Below are positions 8,714 to 17,275 of a DNA stretch of 64,000 bases, piece by piece; position 1 is the stretch's first letter, and each line of letters begins with the position of its first letter. The stretch lies in NCBI GenBank assembly GCA_943328795.2, contig CALQBK020000001.1:17200-81199 (forward strand), written 5' to 3'. The DNA comes from Bifidobacterium breve. GTDB lineage: Bacteria > Myxococcota_A > UBA796 > SXON01. Under the pieces are notes generated by a model. That model made no database searches. It was not told the DNA's origin and was given only the letters and a program-made list of their open reading frames with translations. Both the position numbers and the translations under genes were made by a program.

Positions 8714-9525
8714 CCGTCGTTCGCTCGGTACCGAAGCTCTCCCGCCCCGTGTGGGCGGGCTCCGCGCTCTCGGAGCGCTACGGCAAGCCGCCTGGCACGC
8801 CCGCGGTCGGCGAGAGCTGGGAGGTGTGGCGCGACAACGTGTTGGCGGACGACCCGTCGCGCAGGCTGGGTGACGTCGCCGACTTCCCGCTGTTGATCAA
8901 GCTGATCTCCACGCGGGACGTGCTGTCGGTCCAGGTGCACCCGGACGACGCGACCGCGCGACGACACGGCGCTGCGTCCGGCAAAGCCGAGGCGTGGGTC
9001 ATCTTGGAGGCCGCGCCCGATGCGCGCGTGGCGCTGGGGCTGGCGCGCGAGGTGTCGCAGCCCGAGCTCCGGGAGATGGCGCTCAGCGGGCGCATCGAGG
9101 ACGAGCTCGCGTGGTTCCCGGTGCGCCCGGGGGACGTGATCGACGTGCCCTGCGGCACGATCCACGCGATCGGCGGCGGCATCACGCTCTACGAGGTGCA
9201 GCAGCCGGCGGACATCACCTGGCGCCTGTACGACTGGGGCCGAGGCCGGGAGCTGCACTTGGACGACGCGCTCGAGGTCGCGATCGCCGGCGCCGCGCGG
9301 GGCCCGGTGCAGCGCAGCGGGATGCTGATCCAGGGGCCGATCTTCAACGTGTGGCAAGCCGCGCCCGGCGCGGTCGTAGGCGCGTCCTGGCGGGCGCTCA
9401 CGTGCACGAGCGGGCGCCTCGGCGTCGGCGACGCGACGCTGGGGGCCGGGGACACCGCCCTCGTGGGCCCGGGCGCAGCGGAGGTCTCGGGCGACGGCGC
9501 GGGGCTGTGGGCGTCGTGCTCCTGA
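8710..9525 (+). CDS. manA: Mannose-6-phosphate isomerase, class I (short bacterial type)
   Basis: Motifs seen: SRPVWAGSAL..RYGK, LLIKLISTRDVLSVQVHPDD, GKAEAWVILEA, PCGTIHAIGGGITLYEVQQ. The start is uncertain. The longest ORF starts at GTG 8602, 112 nt inside the TBDR gene. The next canonical start (GTG 8749) removes conserved N-terminal residues. The CTG at 8710 forms a CTGA overlap with the TBDR stop. Confidence 0.8.
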   Translation: MTVVRSVPKLSRPVWAGSALSERYGKPPGTPAVGESWEVWRDNVLADDPSRRLGDVADFPLLIKLISTRDVLSVQVHPDDATARRHGAASGKAEAWVILEAAPDARVALGLAREVSQPELREMALSGRIEDELAWFPVRPGDVIDVPCGTIHAIGGGITLYEVQQPADITWRLYDWGRGRELHLDDALEVAIAGAARGPVQRSGMLIQGPIFNVWQAAPGAVVGASWRALTCTSGRLGVGDATLGAGDTALVGPGAAEVSGDGAGLWASCS

Positions 9526-10457
9526 TCCTCGCGGCGTGCCGGGACCCGGCCGTGGACGAGACCGCTGCGGACTCGCCCGGCGACAGTGACTCGGCGCACG
9601 ACTCGCGGCCGGACTCCCCGCCGGACACCGGCGAGGCGGACCCGGACCTGTACTCGGTCTGCCCGCTCGGCGGCGAGTTCTTGTCCATCCAGGACGCCGT
9701 CCACGGCACCGAGGGCGACGTCACGTTCCTGCTGTGCAACCAGCAGTACTTCGAGAACGTGGTCATCGACGCGCGCTCCATCACGCTGCGGTCGCGGGCC
9801 GCGGGCGACACGACGTTCCTGGACGGGCAGCGCCGCGGGTCCGTGATCACCGTCATCGGCGCGTCGGACGGGTCCACGACGCTCACGCTCGACGGGGTCT
9901 CGCTGATGAACGGCGAGCCGAGCGCGGTAGACGCTCCGGGCGTCCGGGTGGACGTCGACCGCTCGTGGTTCTACGACAACGAAGGCGACGTGATCGTAGC
10001 GGGAAGCGCCGCGGTCGCCGGGAGCCACTTTCACGACAACCTGGGCTTTGCGGTCCGCGCGCCGAGCGTGAGCCTGGACGGGGTCGAGCTCCTCGGCCCG
10101 GGGCTCTCGGCCGATGCGCTGGTCGCCACGACGTCGCTGTGGGTAGGCGACGGTGCGTTCACGACGGGGGAGCTCACGGCCGAGAACGTCACGCTGATCG
10201 GGGATGGCGCTGTCGCGGCCTCCGGGCAGGTGTCCAACGCGATCGTGGTCGGCGCGACGCCCGCCGACGCGGTCGAGTACCGGTACACGGACGCCTACGG
10301 CGGCTCCGTGGCGCTCGGGGAGGGGAGCTTCTCGGCCGACCCGCTGTTCGCCGAGACCTCGACCTACACGCTCACCCCGTCCTCGCCGTGCGTCGATGCA
10401 GGCGAGGGGACGGACGACGACGGAACGCCGCGGGACCTGGGGTGGGCGCCCATCTAG
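9507..10457 (+). CDS. Lipoprotein with right-handed beta-helix-like repeats
   Basis: The GTG at 9507 overlaps the manA 3' end by 19 nt. Short signal peptide with lipobox (VGVVLLILAAC). An acidic Asp/Ser/Pro linker is followed by repeated beta-helix-like segments (ITLRSRAAGDTTFLDGQRRGSVITVIG..., LTLDGVSLMNG...). Confidence 0.7.
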   Translation: MGVVLLILAACRDPAVDETAADSPGDSDSAHDSRPDSPPDTGEADPDLYSVCPLGGEFLSIQDAVHGTEGDVTFLLCNQQYFENVVIDARSITLRSRAAGDTTFLDGQRRGSVITVIGASDGSTTLTLDGVSLMNGEPSAVDAPGVRVDVDRSWFYDNEGDVIVAGSAAVAGSHFHDNLGFAVRAPSVSLDGVELLGPGLSADALVATTSLWVGDGAFTTGELTAENVTLIGDGAVAASGQVSNAIVVGATPADAVEYRYTDAYGGSVALGEGSFSADPLFAETSTYTLTPSSPCVDAGEGTDDDGTPRDLGWAPI

Positions 10458-10465
10458 CCCCGGTA

Positions 10466-11092
10466 TCACTTGTCCGCGAGGTTCTTCCCGAGCAGCAAGG
10501 GCTCCTGGACGGGGTCGAAGTTGTGCGGGTCCCAGTGGATCCGGCAGCGCGCCTCGTACGCGTCGCTCTCGCCGACCAGCACGCGCGCGTCGCGGTTGAC
10601 CACGCGCTGCGAGCGGTCCGCCGGGTTCCCGCACACCACGCAGATGGCCAAGTTCTTCGTGATGTACTCGGCTACCGCCAGGAGCTGCGGGATCGGCTCG
10701 AAGGGCCGCCCCATGTAGTCCTGGTCCAGCCCAGCGACGATCACGCGCCGGCCCTCGTTGGCCAGCTGCTCGCAGACCGCGACCAGCTCGGGCCCGAGGA
10801 ACTGGCCCTCGTCGATCCCCACGACCCGGGCGTCGCCGACCAGCGCGGGGATGCTCATGGCGTCCTCGACCAGGAAGCTGCGGATGTGCAGGCCGGAGTG
10901 GGAGTCGACCTGGTCCGCAGAGTAGCGCTGGTCGATCGCGGGCTTGAACACCACCACGCTCTGGCGCGCGTACTGGGCGCGACGCAAGCGGCGGATCATC
11001 TCCTCGGTCTTGCCCGAGAACATGCAACCGGTGATCACCTCGATCCAGCCCGTGTCGCGCGGCTGGAGGTGCGGCTGCAGGTGGGGGTTCAC
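10466..11092 (-). CDS. tdk: Thymidine kinase
   Basis: P-loop GCMFSGKTEE, IDEGQFL, and the Zn-ribbon CVVCGNPADRSQR...EARC. Confidence 0.95.
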   Translation of the reverse strand: MNPHLQPHLQPRDTGWIEVITGCMFSGKTEEMIRRLRRAQYARQSVVVFKPAIDQRYSADQVDSHSGLHIRSFLVEDAMSIPALVGDARVVGIDEGQFLGPELVAVCEQLANEGRRVIVAGLDQDYMGRPFEPIPQLLAVAEYITKNLAICVVCGNPADRSQRVVNRDARVLVGESDAYEARCRIHWDPHNFDPVQEPLLLGKNLADK

Positions 11093-12204
11093 CCCAGCTC
11101 CAGGTCAGCCGGCAGCCCCTGCCACGTCATCGCGCGCAGCGGCTCACACCACGAGGCGCTCACCTGCGCGGAGAGCGCGGGGTCCTCGCCAAAGCAGCGG
11201 AAGCCGACGTCTGCCGGGCGGAGCGGGTGGTCGGCCCAGGGGTTGAGCCAGGCCCGCACCCGCACGCGCGCGGGGGCGTCCGGGTGCCTGTCGATCAGCA
11301 GCATGCCGCCGACGTTCCGGTACGTCGGGTCCCGGAACACGGCGACGGAGCCCGTAGGCGAGAAGCACGTGATCGTCTGGCCCGGCTCGGAGCCGATGGT
11401 CGCCCGCGGCCGCCCGTAGAGGAAGTCGCGCGCGTAGCCAGGGGAGAGCGCCCAGGGCTGGTCGGCGACACAGGCGAGCAGCACCGGGGTGTCGCGCAAG
11501 CTGGAGGCGTTGTGGCGATCGAGCTCACGCACGATCCGCGGCTCGACGGCCTCGAGCGTGCGGTTCGCGAGGAACGGTCCGAGCACCTGCGCCAGCAGCG
11601 GCTCGCCCTTGCGGACCTTCTCGCCGGTCAAGCAGAACTCGAGCGAGATGCGGTCGTCGTCGTAGGCCGCGTACCGCCCCTCCCACCGGTTCGCCGCGAC
11701 CTGCGCGAGCCACGTCTCGGTGGCGCGCCGGACGGGGTCCACGTCGAAGTCGTGCGGCAGCCAGCGGCGGATCAGCACAGAGAAGCGATGCTTGCCCTGG
11801 ACGCGCTGCAGCCCCGCTCGCAGCAGCGCAGCGCTCGAACGCTCGCCGTCCGGCCGGGCCTGGTGCAAGAACGCCAGCACCGCGAGCACCCAACGTCCGC
11901 CGCTCGGCGCGCGCATCTCCAGCCGAGGGCCGGGCTGCGACAAGCCGGTGAGCTCCCAGCCGCTCGTGCGCGTGGCGGCGAGCGCCGACACCTCCGCGAA
12001 CCCTTGGAAGAAGCGACGGTTGTCCAGCGAGCTGAGCAGGTCCACCGCGCGGTCGGCGTGGATCGGCCCGCCGCGCACGATCGCTGACCGCAGGCGCTCC
12101 CGGAGCTCGACGTACTCCGGGCTGCAAACCTGCTTGAGCCACGAGTGGCTCGCGCCGGGCAGGCGCTCCAGATCGGTCACTAGCCGGTCAGGAAAGAGCT
12201 CCAT
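11089..12204 (-). CDS. Hypothetical protein (371 aa), translationally coupled upstream of tdk
   Basis: Clean ATG start, high GC3, non-repetitive globular composition. Its stop overlaps the tdk start (ATGA at 11089-11092). I recognise no motif. Confidence 0.7.
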   Translation of the reverse strand: MELFPDRLVTDLERLPGASHSWLKQVCSPEYVELRERLRSAIVRGGPIHADRAVDLLSSLDNRRFFQGFAEVSALAATRTSGWELTGLSQPGPRLEMRAPSGGRWVLAVLAFLHQARPDGERSSAALLRAGLQRVQGKHRFSVLIRRWLPHDFDVDPVRRATETWLAQVAANRWEGRYAAYDDDRISLEFCLTGEKVRKGEPLLAQVLGPFLANRTLEAVEPRIVRELDRHNASSLRDTPVLLACVADQPWALSPGYARDFLYGRPRATIGSEPGQTITCFSPTGSVAVFRDPTYRNVGGMLLIDRHPDAPARVRVRAWLNPWADHPLRPADVGFRCFGEDPALSAQVSASWCEPLRAMTWQGLPADLELG

Positions 12205-12300
12205 GAAACATCAACTCGGAGGCAGCGGCGGCTAACCGATCATCCGCTCACTGGCTACGTTTCCGTCTGATTTGGAGTATTTGCGGTTGGTGCGCTTGGG

Positions 12301-13431
12301 CTAAAACGCGCTCTTGTCATCCGGCTGCACGCCGAGCGCGTAGTCCTCGACCTCGTAGACGATGTCGTCGTGGATCTCGACCGGCCGCCAGAGGGTCGCC
12401 ACCTCTCCCGGGGAGACCGTGAAGTAGGCAGGCTCTTGGCCCTTGATCCACGCTTGGAGCTGCGCGCGACCGTGCGCGAGCTGCGTCGTCGCGCTGTCGG
12501 AGAGGTTGTCGTTGTCGAGCACGGAGAGGCGAGTATCGCCGTCGTCCGGGCGGCTCACGCCGAAGAGCGACTCGGGGCCCTCCCCGTCGTTGTCGGTGCG
12601 GAGCATCTCGGCCTCCGCCGCGGCGGTCGTGTTCTCCGGGTGACGGGGGTCGTCGGCCCACAGGTGGTAGGTGCCCTCGCCGGCTTCGCCCGACTGGCCG
12701 CCCGCCAGCGGGGACGTCAGGTGCAGGTCGAGGTCGAGCGGGTGTGGACCCCAGGTGAGCGCGGCCGTCAGCCAGCGATCCTCGAGGGGGGGCACGACGC
12801 CGTCGAGCGTCCCGAGGTCCGTGCTGGCGCTGACGAACACACCGAAGCGCGCTTCGCCCGTCGTGGCCGTGGCCGGCGCCCGCGCGGTCCACCACCCCGG
12901 CGTCGCCCGGAAGGTCACCTCGCCGTCGTCGTCCGCCACGAGCTCCTGCTGGGCGGGGTCCGTGTTCGCAGCGTTCCAGCCCCGGCGAAGCTCCAACACC
13001 TGCCCCGGCAGCCGCGCTCCGTCGAGCCCGACGACGCGGATCGTAGCTACACCCTCGTCAGCTTCGTCCGCGAGCTGCATCGCGGGGAGGTGGCGCTCGC
13101 TCGCCTCCCAGGTCTGCCAGGGCCCGGGGTCCAGCGTCGCGATCGTCGGGCTGCGCACGTTGAGCACGTACCGGGCCCAGCCCTGGGTCGCGCCGGGCGC
13201 GTCGTACAGCGCGACGAGCTCGTTGCCGAGCAGCGTGTCGCCGTAGATCACCGTGCTCCAATCGCCGGCGGCGTCCGCTTGCGACGTGGCGATGACCTCG
13301 CCGTCCACGGTGCCGAGCGTGACGGTCGCAGCGCGCCCTTCGTCCGCCTCGTCGACCACCCGGCCGGACACGACCAGCACAAAACCGTCGGGCGGCGTGT
13401 CGGAGCAGGCGATTAGCAGCGCGAGGAGCAT
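12301..13431 (-). CDS. Lipoprotein with an N-terminal carboxypeptidase-regulatory-like domain and a C-terminal DUF2135-like domain
   Basis: The internal ATG at 13431 gives the lipobox MLLALLIAC. An N-terminal beta-sandwich follows (VVSGRVVDEADEGRAATVTLGTVDGEVIATSQADAAGDW). The C-terminal segment LTWGPHPLDLDLHLTSP...YHLWADDP...LRTDNDGEGPESL resembles the DLDLH...GYGPE pattern of YfaP/DUF2135-type domains. Confidence 0.7.
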   Translation of the reverse strand: MLLALLIACSDTPPDGFVLVVSGRVVDEADEGRAATVTLGTVDGEVIATSQADAAGDWSTVIYGDTLLGNELVALYDAPGATQGWARYVLNVRSPTIATLDPGPWQTWEASERHLPAMQLADEADEGVATIRVVGLDGARLPGQVLELRRGWNAANTDPAQQELVADDDGEVTFRATPGWWTARAPATATTGEARFGVFVSASTDLGTLDGVVPPLEDRWLTAALTWGPHPLDLDLHLTSPLAGGQSGEAGEGTYHLWADDPRHPENTTAAAEAEMLRTDNDGEGPESLFGVSRPDDGDTRLSVLDNDNLSDSATTQLAHGRAQLQAWIKGQEPAYFTVSPGEVATLWRPVEIHDDIVYEVEDYALGVQPDDKSAF

Positions 13432-14936
13432 GAGCGACGCCGGCAGGCGTAACCGACCACGATCCAGCCGAGGGACAACGAGCCCTGGATCGGCGCCGCC
13501 GCGCAGCCGCACGCGCGGTCCGGGATCGCGTCCGCGTGCAAGGCCCCGGCGCCCCAGCCGGTGTCCGAGCCCCCGGGCCCGAGGTCGGTCGCGCCGTCTT
13601 GCGCCCAGCTTCGAAACCCCTCTGGGTCGCCCCACCGGTGCGTCGCGTCGAGCCAGAGCGCGGCCAAGCCTGCCGCGTGCGGCGCGGACGCGCTGGTCCC
13701 GTCGAACGCGCCTTCGCCGAGCGTGGTGGTGGTCACGCCCGTGGGGCCGACCACGTCAGGCTTGAGCCGGCCGTCGTCCGTCGGGCCCCGGCTGGTCCAG
13801 CTCGGCAAGCCGTCGTCCGTCCACGCGCCGACGCTGAACGCGCCGTCCGCGTCCGCGGGCAACGTGAGCGTGTCGGCTGCCGCGGCCTCGGCCGGGTCCA
13901 CGCCGTTGAGCGCGTAGAGCCAGCCGGTCAACCCGCTCACGTCCTGGGCGGGGTCCTTCGCGACGATCGCGGCGATCACCTCCTCCCCGTCGCAGCTCGC
14001 GGTCGAGATGGACTCCACCGGGTCTCCGCGCCCGTCTTGCGTCGACTCGGACGACGCGCACTCAACACCCGTCGTGTCGTACAGCACGAGGTCGAGATCG
14101 ACGCTCGCGGCGCCGAAGGGCTCGCTCCACCGGAAGCTCACGCCGACGTAGCCGCTGCGGCTCGCCAACGGGTGGCGGGCATGCCCGTCGAGCCTCACCG
14201 CGTCCAGCCCGCGGGAGAGGTCCCCGATCACGTACTTGCCGGTCTCGTTCCCGGCGGCAGCGACGTAGATCACGCCGGCGTCCCGCGCGGCGTCGACAGC
14301 CCGGCTCGCGAGCGACGTGCCGTCGGCGGGCCAGGTGTTGTCGAAGCCGATGCTGCCGTTGATCACGTCGACGTGGTCGGCCACGAGGGCCTCCACGGCC
14401 GCGGCGAACTCGACGTCCGTCGAGAAGCTCACCAGCCGCAGCCGCGCGTCTGGCGCAAAATCGTGGATGACCTCCGCGACCGCGAGGCCGTGGGTCGAGC
14501 TCTCGGCGTTCCCCCAGGTAAAGTCCGTCGTCGTGCGCGCGGGCAGCTCGGTCCCGACGAGCTCCTCCCAGCCCGCGAAGCCGACGTCGAGCACCGCGAC
14601 CTCGACGTGCCGCCCGGTCACGCCCTCGGCGTGCCAGTCGACGGTCCCGAACGTCTCCGCGTACCCCTCCGACGTCGTGGCGCCTGTGCCTGCTTCACCT
14701 ACGTCTTTTGGGGTCGCCCACGATGGCGGACGCACGCGCGCCGCGCCGGGTGCCTCCCCGAGCCGGCTGGCCGCGGTGCCGGCGCAGTCCACCTGGAGCG
14801 CGGCGGACGCTCGCGCCGTGATCGTGCAGCCTTCCGCCTCGATCCAGCGGATCGCACGTTCGTCGCTGGTCTCCACGACCCAAGCATCGCCCGCTACGAC
14901 GCGGGGACAAAGAGCGAGCCAGGCGATCAGCACCAA
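13413..14936 (-). CDS. Subtilisin-like serine protease (S8 family) with a MYXO-CTERM-like C-terminal tail
   Basis: Asp/His/Ser triad contexts VAVLDVGF, STHGLAVAEV and DGTSASAPHAAGLAAL. N-terminal signal peptide (TTG 14936 or GTG 14933). The C-terminus ACGCAAAPIQGSLSLGWIVVGYACRRR is a Cys-rich / hydrophobic / Arg-cluster sorting-type tail. Confidence 0.85.
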   Translation of the reverse strand: MVLIAWLALCPRVVAGDAWVVETSDERAIRWIEAEGCTITARASAALQVDCAGTAASRLGEAPGAARVRPPSWATPKDVGEAGTGATTSEGYAETFGTVDWHAEGVTGRHVEVAVLDVGFAGWEELVGTELPARTTTDFTWGNAESSTHGLAVAEVIHDFAPDARLRLVSFSTDVEFAAAVEALVADHVDVINGSIGFDNTWPADGTSLASRAVDAARDAGVIYVAAAGNETGKYVIGDLSRGLDAVRLDGHARHPLASRSGYVGVSFRWSEPFGAASVDLDLVLYDTTGVECASSESTQDGRGDPVESISTASCDGEEVIAAIVAKDPAQDVSGLTGWLYALNGVDPAEAAAADTLTLPADADGAFSVGAWTDDGLPSWTSRGPTDDGRLKPDVVGPTGVTTTTLGEGAFDGTSASAPHAAGLAALWLDATHRWGDPEGFRSWAQDGATDLGPGGSDTGWGAGALHADAIPDRACGCAAAPIQGSLSLGWIVVGYACRRRSCSSRC

Positions 14937-15031
14937 GCCAGGTATCCGGACTGAGCAAATTCGGATGGGTCGTTTCTGTACCCCAAGTCGGATAGACGGC
15001 GGCTTCTCTCGCCCCCCAGTGGAGGTCCCCC

Positions 15032-16174
15032 GTGTTCGAGCTCCCCGACGACGTCCAGCAAATCCAGCAACTCGCTCGCGATTTTGCCCGGAAGGAGATC
15101 CTCCCCGGTGCCCAGCACCGCGACCACACGCACACGTTCCCCGCCGACCTGGTGCGCCAGCTCGCCGAGATGGGCTTCATGGGCATGGTCGTGCCCGAGG
15201 CGTACGGCGGCGCCGGCCTCTCCACGCTCGCGTACGTCGTAGCGCTGGAGGAGATCTGCTACGCGGACGCCTCGGTGGGCGTGACCATGTCGGTGAACAA
15301 CTCGCTGGTGTGCACCCCGATCCTCGCGAACGGCACCGAGGAGCAGAAGCAGCGCTGGCTGCCGGGCCTCGCGTCGGGCGCGCAGCTGGGCTGCTACGCG
15401 CTCACCGAGCCGGACGCTGGCTCCGACGCCGGCGCCCAGCGCACGAAAGCGCGGCGCGATGGCGACGACTACGTGCTCGACGGCAACAAGATCTGGATCA
15501 CGAACGCCCCGTTCGCGCAGGTGTGCGTCGCGTACGCGAACCTCGCGCCCGAGGAGCGCCACCGGGGCGTCTGCGCGTTCATCATCGACATGGCGAGCCC
15601 CGGCTTCAAGGTCGGCAAGCTCGAGGACAAGCTCGGCATCACGTCCAGCGCGACGTCCGAGCTCTCGTTCGACGGCCTGCGGGTGCCCGCCGCCAACCTG
15701 CTCGGCCCCGAGCGCCAGGGCTTCCGCATCGCGATGGCCACCCTCGACGGCGGGCGCATCGGAATCGCGGCCCAGTCGCTCGGCATCGCGCAGCGGGCGT
15801 TTGACCTCGCGGTGGCCCACGCCCGGCAGCGCATGGCGTTCGGGAAGCCGATCGCGGCGAACCAGGCCATCCAGTGGATGATCGCGGACATGGCCACTCG
15901 CATCGAGTCCGCGCGCCTGCTCACGTGGCGGGCGGCGGTCACCAAGGACAGCAACGACACCGCGCGGGCGTCGCACTTTTGCTCGATGGCGAAGCTCGCG
16001 GCTTCCGAGACGGCGAACTACTGCGCCGACAAGGCCCTGCAGATCCACGGCGGCTACGGCTTCTCGAAGGAGTACGAGGTGGAGCGCCTGTTCCGCGACG
16101 CGCGCATCACCACCCTGTACGAGGGCACCAGCGAGATCCAGCGCATCGTGATCTCGCGGAACTACCTGGGCTAA
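15032..16174 (+). CDS. Acyl-CoA dehydrogenase (short/branched-chain type)
   Basis: GTG start preceded by GGAGG (15020-15024). Full-length ACAD signature (YALTEPDAGSDA, IWITNAP, LDGGRIGIAAQSLGIAQ, QIHGGYGFSKEYEVERLFRDARITTLYEGTSEIQ). Confidence 0.95.
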   Translation: MFELPDDVQQIQQLARDFARKEILPGAQHRDHTHTFPADLVRQLAEMGFMGMVVPEAYGGAGLSTLAYVVALEEICYADASVGVTMSVNNSLVCTPILANGTEEQKQRWLPGLASGAQLGCYALTEPDAGSDAGAQRTKARRDGDDYVLDGNKIWITNAPFAQVCVAYANLAPEERHRGVCAFIIDMASPGFKVGKLEDKLGITSSATSELSFDGLRVPAANLLGPERQGFRIAMATLDGGRIGIAAQSLGIAQRAFDLAVAHARQRMAFGKPIAANQAIQWMIADMATRIESARLLTWRAAVTKDSNDTARASHFCSMAKLAASETANYCADKALQIHGGYGFSKEYEVERLFRDARITTLYEGTSEIQRIVISRNYLG

Positions 16175-16177
16175 GCG

Positions 16178-16579
16178 ATGGAAGCCCCCATCCGTGTGCT
16201 GATCGGAAAGCCAGGCCTCGACGGTCACGACCGCGGGGCCAAGGTCGTCGCGCGCGGGCTGCGAGACGCGGGGTTCGAGGTGATCTACACCGGGCTCCAC
16301 CAGACGCCGCAGCAGATCGTGCGCGCGGCGGTGGACGAAGACGTACAGGTGGTCGGCCTCTCGGTGCTGTCCGGGGCCCACAACCACCTGCTGCCCGAGA
16401 TCGTGCGTGGCCTCCGCGAAGCGGACCGGGCCGACGTGCTGGTGCTCGCAGGGGGCATCATCCCCAATGCCGACATCCCCGGCCTGCTCGACGCCGGGGT
16501 CGCGATGGTGTTCCAGCCCGGGACCCCGATCCCCGAGATCGTCTCGGCGATTCGAGAGCGCGTCAAACCACGCTGGTAA
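16178..16579 (+). CDS. Cobalamin (B12)-binding domain protein, methylmalonyl/isobutyryl-CoA mutase small-subunit-like
   Basis: Starts 3 nt after the ACAD stop. Carries the B12-binding DxHxxG context ([27 protein letters not shown]) and the GGIIP motif. Confidence 0.9.
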   Translation: MEAPIRVLIGKPGLDGHDRGAKVVARGLRDAGFEVIYTGLHQTPQQIVRAAVDEDVQVVGLSVLSGAHNHLLPEIVRGLREADRADVLVLAGGIIPNADIPGLLDAGVAMVFQPGTPIPEIVSAIRERVKPRW

Positions 16580-16654
16580 GCATTGCGGCGAGCGCGGAAC
16601 TGTCCTATTGTTCCGCGGGTTCCGCCCCCACCCACACCGAGAGGCAGTGTCGGC

Positions 16655-17275
16655 ATGTCCGTGCTCGATGTCCAAGAATCGTCTCCGCCCGCGCACCTGA
16701 CGCGTACGGCTGGGGAGTTCCTGGGCCGGCGCCCGCTCCCCCGGGTGATCGCCGGGCGCTCCCTGGTGTTCCTGCTCGGGCCCACTGGCTCCGGGAAGTC
16801 GTCGGTCGCGCTCCGGCTGGTAGGGGCGGACCCGCTGGTGATCGACGGGCCAGCGCTGCGCAGCCACCTCGTCTCGCGCGCCCGGAATGGGCGGTTCGCC
16901 GTGGCGTTGGAGAACGCGCCGCGGCTGTTGCTGGACGGGGTCGATTGCCTCTTCGGGCGCGAGGGCGCGGTGCGCTTCCTCCAGTCGCTGCTCAGGGACC
17001 GCTGCGCTGCCGGGCTCCGCACGGCCGTGGTGCAAGGGCCCGCGGACGACTCCGTCGTGCTGTTGTACCCGAGCGTCTCGCCGCAACACCGCGCGTCGGT
17101 CTTGCTTCGGTTCCCGGTTGGGAGGGGCCGTCGGCTGTTCGTGCAGCGCGAGTGCGCCCGCGCCGGGGTCCCTTTCCCGCTCGCTCGCGACCTCGTCGGG
17201 ATGGCGCCGTGGTCGTACACGTCGGTCCGGGCTGCCGTGGACGCGCTGGCCGTGGGCCCGTCCTCCGGCGGCTAG
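16655..17275 (+). CDS. P-loop AAA+-like ATPase, DnaA/Hda-like (putative)
   Basis: ATG at 16655 (the longest ORF starts at 16583). Walker A LLGPTGSGKSS, Walker B-like RLLLDGVDCLFG, and a C-terminal segment resembling the DnaA domain III lid (VLLRFPVGRGRRLFVQRECARAGVPFP...). The functional assignment is tentative. Confidence 0.6.
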   Translation: MSVLDVQESSPPAHLTRTAGEFLGRRPLPRVIAGRSLVFLLGPTGSGKSSVALRLVGADPLVIDGPALRSHLVSRARNGRFAVALENAPRLLLDGVDCLFGREGAVRFLQSLLRDRCAAGLRTAVVQGPADDSVVLLYPSVSPQHRASVLLRFPVGRGRRLFVQRECARAGVPFPLARDLVGMAPWSYTSVRAAVDALAVGPSSGG

